DNA from: Tubiluchus corallicola
Lineage: Eukaryota > Animalia > Priapulida
DNA: 64,000 bases
Reading direction: 5' to 3'
Assembly: GCA_030141605.1 (NCBI GenBank)
Contig: JAQGDQ010000700.1
Coordinates: 1 to 64,000 of the forward strand
This document shows positions 26,701-39,000 of the stretch, piece after piece (within the stretch, counting starts at the first letter, position 1; the number at the start of each line of letters is the position of its first letter). The notes beneath the pieces are model-generated. The model made no database searches, was not told where the DNA came from, and saw nothing but the letters and a program-made list of their open reading frames with translations. A program made the translations under genes and the position numbers.

Positions 26701-29700
26701 AATGCTCTGTTATATTTCACACCAGACGACAGAACGTGTCTGAAACCATTTAATCTTTCAGTACTTACTCACAGCAATTGAATTTGGACTGCAAAAAGAT
26801 TAAAGGAAAGGACAAGTCACTTAGCATGTTGGATTTATTTTACCGTTCTCAAACTTAGACAAAGTTAATTTGTACTACTCTGTATAGAAATTTTCAGGTG
26901 CCTAACTACAAAATTATGGCCTAACTGGTGGACTTCGTGACCTTTTATAAGTGTTTCGTCGTTTTCCGTAATCGCTGCTTAAACTAATTCAAACTTGTAC
27001 AACCTACATAATGTTCACGCAAAAACATCACAAGATTAGCAATCTAATTTTGTGTAAAAATTTGTTATGTGCTTTTAACTTAAATTGACACTGCACGGGT
27101 TTTCTTCAGTTGCTTAACAATGTAATTGGTCAAAAGATCGACGTTCAAAATGGGAAAACCCTATTTACATGAGGCACTTATAACACTTATTATTGAATCT
27201 TTCTAACATTTTTAGCAAATGTTGAAATAAGTCTAACTTTCCAGAAAGCTTGGCCTTTCGTGTAAGAATTTTTGCTGTTTCTCGATTCTTTGAGCGAATG
27301 CTGTTTGTTTAGACTGGTCAAGAGTGGACTGGTGGACACACTTCCCAGTTCTATGAACAACAAGTCGCTTGACGGTTCAAATTACTTTTCTCACTGTGAA
27401 TCAAGTACCTACCAACTGGATAGCACTTGCTTAGATTTGCAGCTAGACTTAGGAAAGCTAGAGTGAATCGTTTGCATATTTTTTTATTCATTTGTAAAGA
27501 ACTTCGTTCGATTGTTGGTCAAGAAACACGAAATTCGTCTGGTAAAAAGGCTTAGATAGCATTTACTCTTCGTGCACGGTAGAAGTATACCTTTGTACAT
27601 GTGCTGTACTTCTACCTAGTAGATGCTATGCTTTGTACCATAAATGTTTAACTCAGCATTTGCTTTTAGAAGTTTCTGTCTCATGGTATGTATATGCTAC
27701 AAATGCTTCCTTCAAATGCTTACTTTAGAATATGCTATTCAAGCATTCATGTGATACTAAGTAGAATGGCTAGCTATGCTAGGCTCTAGTTTATTAAAAT
27801 TCTTTAAATAGTTTTTGTTAGAGACATAAGTCTAACAAAAAGATAACGGGAATGCGCAAAAAGAATGAGTTTGGCAGTTGAGAATTCGACAACGAACTTG
27901 AGGCAAAAAGTTGTCACCAAAAATTCCCCAAATTTTCAGTTGCCAAAACTCGTTGCTTTTTGGATTAACAGGTAGGTTTTTGCATTGTGAAATTTTTGTT
28001 TTTGTGCGTGTGGTGTGTGAACAATTTATTTGGGATATGGGATATTTGTAACAGCAGTAGATACACGAATGCTTTGTATGACCCGGAACTTTTCTGGTCT
28101 AATGAAAGTCTGTGCTCTTTCCTCTTGTGAAATGTAGTGGGTGACGTTTCTGTACCTCTTCCTTAATTTTCAGTTTGTTCATAAACTTGATACTGCCGTT
28201 TGTACATAAATTGTGGTCATAAAAATGTGTAACACGGCTTGGGCTCATCGCACTCGAGGCGAAATCTTTATGAAGAAATGTGTATGATGCAGATTTTTGC
28301 TCGTGTGCAACCTCGATAAATGCTATTTTCCCAACTTATTAAAGGTGATTAAATTTCTCTCATGTACAAAATCTACGGTGCTCGCGTACACACTCGGTGC
28401 AACAACTTCGGTTACTATAAAATGCACATTTTGTCTTGTGTTACAACAGTGGTGCTTCTCATAAATTATCGGTACAATTTTGTTTGCCTTATGCACCACA
28501 GTTTATATTTGAGGCTGCTTACTTCATACAATTTGCTTCATACAGATTTTTTGCCATGTGCGGTCAGCATCTGTTTCTAAAAGTGTACTTTTCAATAAAT
28601 TGTGTCATAGCAGTAAAGTTAAAATTAATTAGTCTTACAGTAACTACTGCTGCTGTAGCTAAATATTTGCATTTCTTATGCTTTTTCTGTTGAACGTTAG
28701 TGTATTGGCCCCATTTTATTGATTTTGTAACAAGGATTTGTCTGCGTATAGGACTTTTGCATGGGACTGCGTCCATCTCAGCTTGCATGCAGTTACTTAC
28801 TTTGCATACGGCTGTTGCTAACCCTAACATTGTTGTCCCAGTGGTCAGGCCACTTGCTCCGACCACGACAGTTGTGGAAAACAATGCACCTGTCGTGAAA
28901 GGTACTGTTACGTGTCTGCACACGCACGCGACGTCTGTTGTCTTCACTAGCCTTTCTCTCACGCAGATGGTAGACGTTAGTCGCACACGTTAGTTTCCGT
29001 CTCCGTGGCTTGCCGTAACATTGTCTCATCAGCATTCTGGAAGCCGTAATGTTGCTGAAACAATCGTTGCTACAAGCTGTATGAGATTATTTTAGAGTAA
29101 GATTAATTAGCATTGTTTAAATTTATCTCCAAAATTACATTATGAATTTGGGCACCTCATGCATTCACTAATTTCACTTCCTGTTATGCATAAGAAACTA
29201 TTATAGCTTTTAACATGTTTTTAATTTGTTCACTAAACTATTGATTTAATGAGTAGTGCTGGAAATGTCGGTCATTTGCGCATATTGTTGGATCGTGACA
29301 TTTTATCCAGTTAGCATTTGACACAATACAGTGAACTTCTGAAATGTTTTATTCATATTGCACATCAGTTTTAGTGATTTTTAAAGAAGCAGTTCGTAAC
29401 CATTAATAGTATCATTAAATGGATGAAATGCCATTAAGAAGTTAAGTGGCCAAGAATCCGGTTTTTCTTCTCTGTGCACATGCGACTTGATATTGTCCCA
29501 TTCCCAGTTTTTTAAAACAGCAGCCGCTGCTTGATAGACTCACTTTGAGATGGAAAAGTTTTGACCCAGTTAACCGACTGAATCCAATGGCCGATGTATG
29601 TAGTATTAATAGTATGCAAGTACGAGTCATCACTCTTCAACTTTGTATGCACTGCGTGTTAGCAAAGAGCTTTAAATGTTGGGTTTTTACGCTTGTGTCC

Positions 29701-32700
29701 TATTGGTCAATATTAACTCGATGCTCGTAGTTGTTCTATAATATTTACGTTTGTAAAGTTTCAAGTTCTTGGGCAAAGAGGTTAATTGCAGCAGATGGGC
29801 GAGTGACAGGATCACAGCAAAACTGCTACGCTACTATATTAGTGCATGATAAACATACCAGCTTAGAAACAAAACGGTACTTAATGTGACTGTTTCTACA
29901 TACTGCACATAGACGAAGAAAAATTGACATAAAAGTAGTAAAAGCTGTTTGATCTCACACGATACTTGTGTCTTATTTTAAGTACTCAAAACAAAAATTT
30001 TGAGTCAGTTATGTGGAGTTATTTGAATCAATTGCTGACAGTTTTTGCATACTTTTGAAATTAAGTGGCCTTACAAGACATTTATGAATCCATTAAGCGA
30101 CTGATTCTATTAACCGTGAATTTATTAAATGACGCCCACTGTATTTTATCATTTTAGATAACGTTCCAGTGCTTGTGATATTCTTAATTAAAAATTATTT
30201 GTACTTAAATTGCAAAAAATTGGAATACTCTGCAAATGATACCAAAATCCAGTGCAACATTTAGTTGTCTGTGATATGCAGTGCTTTAACAAACAGCATT
30301 AGAATAATGTACAAAAAAACAAATAAACGCGTAAAATTATTGCGGAAATAATAATATTTATTTCTATTATCTGAACTACCTTGGGATCAAAATTCACTCC
30401 TGTTTAGAGCCAAGTTGTGATCATCTTTTTGCTAGTAATTTTATTCTTAATCGGTATTTTTAACATGGGAAACCTTTGGTGCATCTGCTCTTCTGCTGAT
30501 ATACCGAATCTACATGTGATCAATGTATGTATGGTACTTATTAAGGACTATGCAAACTTGCTTCTTTAAAAATTGGCACCAATTTAAAATTCATGACAGA
30601 TTTTTACATTCTGGCAATTTTATTTTTAACTCCTTGTAGTTCTCTGAAAACTTTATAATGTTTTGATAAAGAGAAATATATTTCATAGCCATGTTTTGGC
30701 TGAAACTAATATGCTTTGGCTTAAACTATTTCACACTGTTTTGGTCGAAACTAACTAAATTGACTAACACACTTACATGTAGCTGAATGTTATTTCAGAG
30801 GTCTTGTCTAATGTTACCAATGAAAAATATTTAACAGTATTTTCATTGACATGTTTAAAGATTCCTCCTATTGTCAGTGGGATTGCTTAACATTATTTTT
30901 ATTGACCCTTTTCAAACAGTTTTCTTTTTCAATGAACTTATTTAACTATGTTTCATTGACATGTTTAACGATGTGTTCAGAACTTCAGACTGGTAAGTTT
31001 TCTGTTGCGAGTAGCAAATTTACAAGTTTGAACTGCCTTGTGAGGTACTAAATGGAGAAGTGAGTGTCAGCTCGCGCGTACTGGTGGAGAGTAACTCGCA
31101 GCAAGTTTTGCTGTCTAGTCTGAACAACATGTTTGCGAGTTACTTGGTGAGAAAATTCGCTAGTCTGAATGCGCCATAGCAATTGCTTTCGTTTTCTGTG
31201 TTATTGTTCAACATTGTTTTCATCGACATTGTTTCACATTACTTTCATTGTTTTTGGCGTTTACAATGACCCTAATGTCTTTATAACAATTTTTTACCGT
31301 TTGTAATTGTTGTTTTTTAGTGGTATGTTTGACCGCGTCTTTGTATTTTAATGATTATCATGTTCCGCTTGTACTGTTTCAGAGAAAACAGATAATCAGA
31401 TATCTCGTTCGCGAAGTTCTAGTTCTTCCAGTTTAGATAACATTACCTCAGAAGCAGTGCAACTGTTAACCTTTGCTGAGTCGTTTACGAAAAAAGCTGG
31501 TTAGTAACTCATTAAATGTTATTACAGCCTCAGTTAATGGACTGGATTATGACCTTTTGGGTCTCCTAGGCTAATGAAATTATGGCCCCCTTCAGAAGAG
31601 CCACCTAACGCGCCTGCACTTGTTTTGAATATTGAACATTTTTTTACTCGTGATATATTTGCCACACGTTTCCAAAATTTGAGGGACCCTAGACTGCAGA
31701 TTATACTAGCTTATAGGATGATGGGTGAAAGTTGACGACACCCATGATGAAGTGGAAGTAAGGAGACAATTATACAAAATTAGTAAAATGAAATAAGAAA
31801 CTTATTCAAGATTATATGATAAAGCAAGAGTGCAAACCATTCCTACTAAGGCTGATAAAAATGGGCAATCAGAATGCCTAGGTTCGGTTAGTTTTTCATC
31901 AAAAGAGTCTGATGGACTTATTTAGGATTTCTCGTCCTTGGTGTTCTAACCAGAGTGCCATTCTAACTGAGTATGTAAAAGTGTTTATGGTTTCCAATGT
32001 CTCTTTTTCATACGGAACTTTTTATTTTCTAAATTCAGTTGTGTTTGATGGCAAGCTTGTTTAGAATTAGTGTACTGCAAGCTTTAATTTTTACCACTTG
32101 AAAGACTGGACTGCCAGAATTACAATAGATAAAAGCTTAACTTCAGTTCTATCTGTTTTTATTTGTCAGATACGTTCACCTGTCCCTGCTTGTGGGTTGG
32201 AACCAGTCTAGGATCCGTTCTTCTCATAGTGCTCACACTACCCCCATCTGGAGAGCGGTCCTCTCAACCAGTTATAGTCTCTCCAAGTGGTACGTATATT
32301 TCCAAGTTGTGTGAACCTGCCTTAAGATGGAGTATGTATGAGTCAGATTAAAAAATGATCTTCCAATGTATGTCTTGCATAGAATTGATTCTTGTTAGTG
32401 AGTAACCTGATTAACACTTTGTAGAATTTAGTTACAAGTTTTTATGTTAATGTTTACAAATAAATTTAAGCAACAACCTGTTAAGTAGAATTAGTGGAAT
32501 AAATATATTGATCTGTATTATGCAGTGTTCCAGACAAGATTCTCATTTGTATAATTCCACATTAATTCTGAGTAAATCTGAGTAAAATGCAATGAAAATG
32601 GAAATTACATATTTGTAATGTATTATTACATTACAATACTAATTGTAATTGTAGTATTTGTTTCCACTTCAAACAAAATATTTTTACAACATTTATCCAA

Positions 32701-32979
32701 AAAAACACTCAATTTCTACATAGTACATAATAAATAATATTTCGTTTCCCTGCCCTGTTAGAGGGAAGTTGAAAGGAAGAACAGGTTGGATGGGTTGGTA
32801 GAAATAATAAAAGCAGCATGTAACAAAAGTACTAAATTTGAAAAAAAAATGAGTGTAAAAATGCTTGCATTATCTTCATTTGTTTAGTGCAAGTAAAGAG
32901 TAACAACCGAGGCAGTCATATACTGCTCTGCTAAATCTTTATATGAAATCCTATAATAACTGTAATAACAATAATAATG

Positions 32980-33036
<57 letters not shown>

Positions 33037-36000
33037 GTAATGATGATGATGATGACCACGACGACAGTGATGATGATGATAATGGTGATAAAGGTCATTA
33101 AAAAACAATGTTTGTAACATCGTCAGTTTTTATTAAAGTTGCACATTTTTTCATAAATACTGAAATACTATTGATGTTACTTATTAGCTGGTTTTTCCAG
33201 GCACAATACTGCGTTTAAAGGGTGCCATCCAATGCATTTCATTCCTGGATAGCATGGGAACGCTTGTTCCCCCGGAGTGTGAACCATGGTTAGATCCAAG
33301 TGCGAGTAAAGAAACTTACGAAAAGGACAAGGAAAAATCAAAACAGAGGAGTGCAGGTATGCACCTCTTCTTTTTATCACTCCATCTCTTTTCTGTTTTA
33401 TTTTTATTTTTGTAAATATTAGAGGCAAATGAATTGTTTACTTATTTATTAATTTTTGTCAACTGAGCATAGTGGCGAGGTTGTGATTGAGTTGATAAGG
33501 TGCCCTTGCTTCGTGTGAGTGACTCGGGCTCATCGTAGGAAAGTAATCTTGACACGTGTTTATTTACCTCCTTTGGTAGGCCCTACTTTTGTGGTGCAGT
33601 GTGTCATCCGAGTGTAGAAAAAACAGTAAGAATGTTTCTTTCAAAATAAAAGCAGTTGTAAGGTAAACTAATAGTTAAGTTAATGAATAAGTAAATAAGT
33701 ATTTAAGTTTGTTGTATTTTCATTTGTCTGTTCTTACTAGGGGTAAGCATCGAACCATTAGAGTTCCAAAATTTGAATCGAATTCGGACTTTCAAATAGA
33801 TCAAACACGTTTTTTAGCTTGAACTCATAATTATTCAGAATAATTCAGCACTTCAACTACATACGTTCTTTATTATCATTAAAACGTTTGAAACATCACC
33901 CAATCAGCACAATTTAGCTGTGATTTCCAGCACAATTTTTAAGCAAATTATTAGTATTTTTACGGACGAACAAAATCAAGTAATATGCATGATCATCGTG
34001 AGCATACATTTTATTAGTGATTCGAAAATTAATCGAACATTTTTAAAACTGAATTCGAATTCGTTTCGGATTCACAAATGCTAAAATGCAGTTTGATTCA
34101 ATTTCGAAAGTCAAAAATTCAATTTGATTCGAATTTGCTTTCTGGTAGAGAATGCTCACCGTAATCATTACCTTTAATGGAGAGCTTTAAAAGTTTCAAC
34201 CTTGAAGAACATACCTGTAGATTTACTTTCATAAATTTGTTTTACTTCAAAATCAGATAAATATGTTTCGTTCATATTTTCATTACATTTATGTCGCTGT
34301 TATAAGTAATTTACCACCTGCTTGTCAGCAGCCGGTGTAAATTATCTAGACACATGACTGACACCTGCCCAGCATTTCTCTGCAGTGTTTAAGTGAAACT
34401 TATATAAGATAGATTTCTCACTTACGTAGTTTCTTTAGTTGTGCTTGTAAGTATTTTATACAGTTTTGGCTTTGCTCCGTAGCAGTAGAAGTAAATTTTG
34501 GTAAGATGAGGTTATCTTAACATTTGTTTTAGATAACCGACCTCGGCTCTCGCCATCTGAATCAATGGATCTGGCGATTGATAAACAGTATGTCGTCTTG
34601 TGTTCGGAAAAACAAATTCGGGTTCTTTCTCTCCCTTCCCATGCTTGTGCCTTCAAATGCCGCGTCAGTGAGGAGTCGTACGCTGTATGCGCCGAAGTCG
34701 TTCATCTCAGTAATCTAAGTAAGTAAGGTTTATTTACGTGGCACAGTGGTGTAGTCATATGACTTTTATTGAACTCTAGGGATTGCTCTTCCTGTAGGAA
34801 TACACACAAAAAGTTGCTGGTTAAAAGTTGTTTTTGTGCATTTATGTAACTGGTTGTAGTATTTACATCTAGTTATTTTATATATAAGACTATTTGGGTT
34901 ATTATATACGTTTACCATTACAGACCAAATTATATACATTTAGTATTACAGATATTTTGTTGTATATATTTACCACAACAAACAACTCCTTGTTTACATT
35001 TATCACAACAGACAGCGCCTCCTATGCATGCTGCAACAAACAGCTAGCTCCGTGTGTACATTTTTTATTACAGATATTTTCATATGCATATTTGCCACAA
35101 CAACTCCTTGTTTACATTTGAATCCAGGTAAAAAAGTCACAGGAGAAAAAAAGTCACAGGAAGAACAGAAATAACCCTAACCCCTACCCCTAGTCAAAAT
35201 TAATTGTGACTTTTTTCTGTGATTTTTTCTTTCAATGACTTTATTACTGGTCACCTTACGTTTATCACAACAAACGGCTCGTTCTTTACATTTACCACAA
35301 TCGATCGGGTTCTCGTTCATACTTACCACAGCAAACGTTGTGGCAACAAGCTGTCTTGTCATCTGCAAGGCCGGCTCTACGTAGTTTGACACACTAGGCA
35401 AAAGTATTTTTAGCGTCCCCTCTTCATCTGTCAACCTCTTTCCCCACTGTCCTCACTACTCTCCAAAATTAAATTTTCTTGCATAATACTACACTAGGCA
35501 CTGCTTATAAGACTCACTTTGGGACGGAAGTGTTTCAACCCAATTAACCTACAGATGTAGTATTACTAGTATAGAAGTATGAGTCATCAGCTTAGTAGAC
35601 ACTGCAAAGGTTTTTATAGAACTTTAAAAACGAAGTATTGCCTAAATTCCTATGCAGTAATATTTAAAAATATTAATTTATAAAGTGAATTAATGTAAAA
35701 TAAATGAAATCGTTTTTCTAAATCGCACAAGCCTATTTATTTACAAATATTACAAAAACTCCTTTGGTCGGCTCGTACTTTTTTTGCAAAGAAGTTGGGT
35801 CACAAAGTTCTCATAATGATAAAAGCGTTAAAAATCCGTTACTGTATTGATGCACAAACACTTCAATGCACGATGTTTCGCTTTAAGCTCGCGTCCCATT
35901 TCACTAACCACTCATTAAACAACACAGCTGTCATCCAAGCATTCGAGTTGGCACGGTAACCTACGGACAACTTTGCAACACTTTATTATCATACTGTACC

Positions 36001-39000
36001 TGCATCCCTGGCATAACTGTGAAAAACAGCGAGAGCTTGAAAAGCAAACTGCTAGGCAAGTGAATAAATGTCCTGAGATTCTTGAGCAATGAGGTTAATT
36101 ACAGTGGATGAGCAAGTAAAAGCAAAACCGCTAGGGTAGCATATTGGCATATGATAAAAGTTTCTGCTTACACACAAAACGGTACTTAACATGATAGTTT
36201 CTACGTATATTAGAGCACAAAAGTGAACTAAGATGACAAAGGTCATAAAAGCTTATTGGTCAGACAAAAGGGTCTTATTTAAACACGAGAAGGAGTCAAT
36301 TATGCGGAGCTATTTGAGTCTATTATCGGCACTTTTATATACATTTGAATAGAAGCGGCACGTACCAGACGTTTTTGAGTCAATTAAGCGACTGATTCTA
36401 TTAACCGTGGGTCTAATAAATGGCGCCCACTGTATAATTATTACTATACATTTTCCATTACAGACAGCTCAGTTTTAGTGTGCTATGTGGCGGATGGCAG
36501 AGTCATGGTATTTAGTCTACCCAGTCTGCGACAAGTGCTTTGTGTTCCCTACCACCCTCTCACTGACTTAAGGTAATTATTGTTGTGTTATTTTTTGTTT
36601 GAATTCATACCTTGTAGTATATTTTTTTCATAAACTGCTATCTAAGTTTCTATCTTCACACATAAGTCAGCTGCTGGATAAATGATTCTCAGTAAGCATG
36701 ACCCCGTAAAATTCTGCTACACGAAAGTGACAGCTTGGTACTAAAAGCTGCCTTTGCTGTTTTCCCTGGTCGGTGCGTTACAATGCAGGCTTTCTAGCCC
36801 ATGGAGTGCAGTTGTAAATTCCCTTGACTTGCCAGTTTAAGAGGTATCCTGTGTTACGCTTTTCAAACCGTAAATGTATATATGAATGAATGTGCTCATT
36901 CAGATCTCACAGCGGTTTTTCAAAACAATAGACTCTCTTGAAACCAAAGTGTGGATCCTTTCAACTTTATATGAACCTGTGTTCTTATACAAGCTGAGCT
37001 ATGGACAATAAAAGTTAAACAACAGAAAGAAATTGACGCTTTTCAAAGACGCCTATGTAGAAGACTGTTGGGCATTAAATGGATTGACAAAATATCCAAT
37101 GTCGATCTGTATATTGTGGTGAAGAAAACTCTCGGGGTGAACAAAGCCTAGTAAAAAGTTTGCATTAGATTGGGCATGTACTAAGATTACCTCGAGAATC
37201 TCCTCTTCTTGTTGCATTACGTAAGACTCTTGAAATGACAAAAAAAAACTGAGAGGCAGTCAGCTACTGACATCTTTCAAAAATATTCAGCAAATGCAAC
37301 TCTAAATTTGAAAGATGATGCACCGTGGGCAGTGGCAGTGGACAGGAATGCAGGAATGCTTAGCATCGACAGGTTTTATAACGTAGCAACATCCAGCCGA
37401 CAACGACGTGTGCGCATTCTGAAGATTTAGCAAACACAACTCTACACTTGATGGGATGATCCTTTGTGGGTTGTGGCGGCGTATAGGGGTGCCTGGCATC
37501 AACAGGCGGGGCAGGCCATGTCTTAGAACATATAAGTATAAGACGACGACTTTATGCAATGATATACATGTGTTAATGGCCACTCTTAATATGGTGATTG
37601 TCAGTCATATACTGATCACATGTTTTACTTATTACAGGATTGCTAGAACATTTCAGATTAGTAATAACGGTCACGCTGTTCACATGTGCTCTCCTACTGA
37701 GATACAGAAAATCACGTATACCGTAGAGATCTGGTAAGATTTGTGATTTACGTCTGATTTATTGAGTTTTTTGTCTCAGTGCTCAGAAATCTGGTACAAA
37801 AGCAAAAATGTACATAACTTTTATACATGACCAAGATCAGAATGTTTTTCATGCAGCTAATAATTTTTTTATAAATGTACATAATTTTTATGCATGACCA
37901 AGATCAGAATGCTTTTCATACAGGTAATACTTTTTTAATAAATGTACATAATTTTTATACATGACCCAGATCAGAATGTTTTTCATACAGGTAATAATTT
38001 TTTCATAAATGTACATAACTTTTATACATGACCAAGATGAGAATTTTTTTCATACAGGTAATAATTTTTTAACTGCTTCCTGTAGCTGTAGTTGCCATTC
38101 AGCTAGTGATAAGACTACACGGACTGCAATCTCCTTTCATCCTATTGTAGTTCACACTATTAACTAGTTAGCTTTGGAAATTTACAACAGTCTTTTTATT
38201 ACAGTAAAATGAAATTTATTGCCGACCAGTTTCGAACAAACTGTTCATTGTCAAGGCATCTAAAACAAAGAAATTTACCAGAATTTGGAAACAATATCGA
38301 AATGCAATTCAGTAGTTGGATATATCAAAAAGTTATATGATATAGTATTATATAGATAATTTAACAATTTACCTTACAGATTACATTTCTTGATTCGTAT
38401 GAAATTATGTAACACTCCACAAACAAACAAACATGTTAGTAATAACAGAACTGTCAATATTAGGGAGCTGTCATTTTGTTGCCGAATTCTGCAAAACACA
38501 GTGCACTGTTGGTAATAAATTTCATTTTGTTGTATTTACATCTATTTGCCAAATATGGATAATTCAAATCTTTTTATTAAATCATTTATGTCATAGCAGT
38601 GTGAATTTATCTGTGTTGATATTTTATTTTATTTGTTGTACAATAAGTCCTCACTTAACAACGCTAATGCGTTCCAGCAAAATATGTCGTTAAGTGAAAT
38701 GTCATTAAACGAAACAGTGCTTTCCATTATATAAAGACATTCACTTTTGTATTCCAACAGCAAAAAACAATAAAGAGAAATGTGCAACATTACATGAAAA
38801 AACGGTAGCAAAAGATTTCCGGCATTAAAACAAAACATAAAACCACCCGAATTTCATTATGCGTGTTACAATGCCTGAATTGCTTACTTATTTAATGGTA
38901 AGTATGTTATTGTGGCAGAATACTGTAAATAATATTGTGGCACAGTATGGCATAATGCTTTTACATACAAGAAGAAAGAGAGTGATCCCGTGCTAGACAA

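Noticed and set aside
32884-33120. Poly-Tyr/His ORF
   Set aside because: (AAT)n/(GAT)n microsatellite read on the minus strand.
34483-34500. 18-nt in-frame microexon (AG...GTAAGA)
   Set aside because: The downstream intron to the 34533 exon would be only 32 nt, too short for normal splicing.
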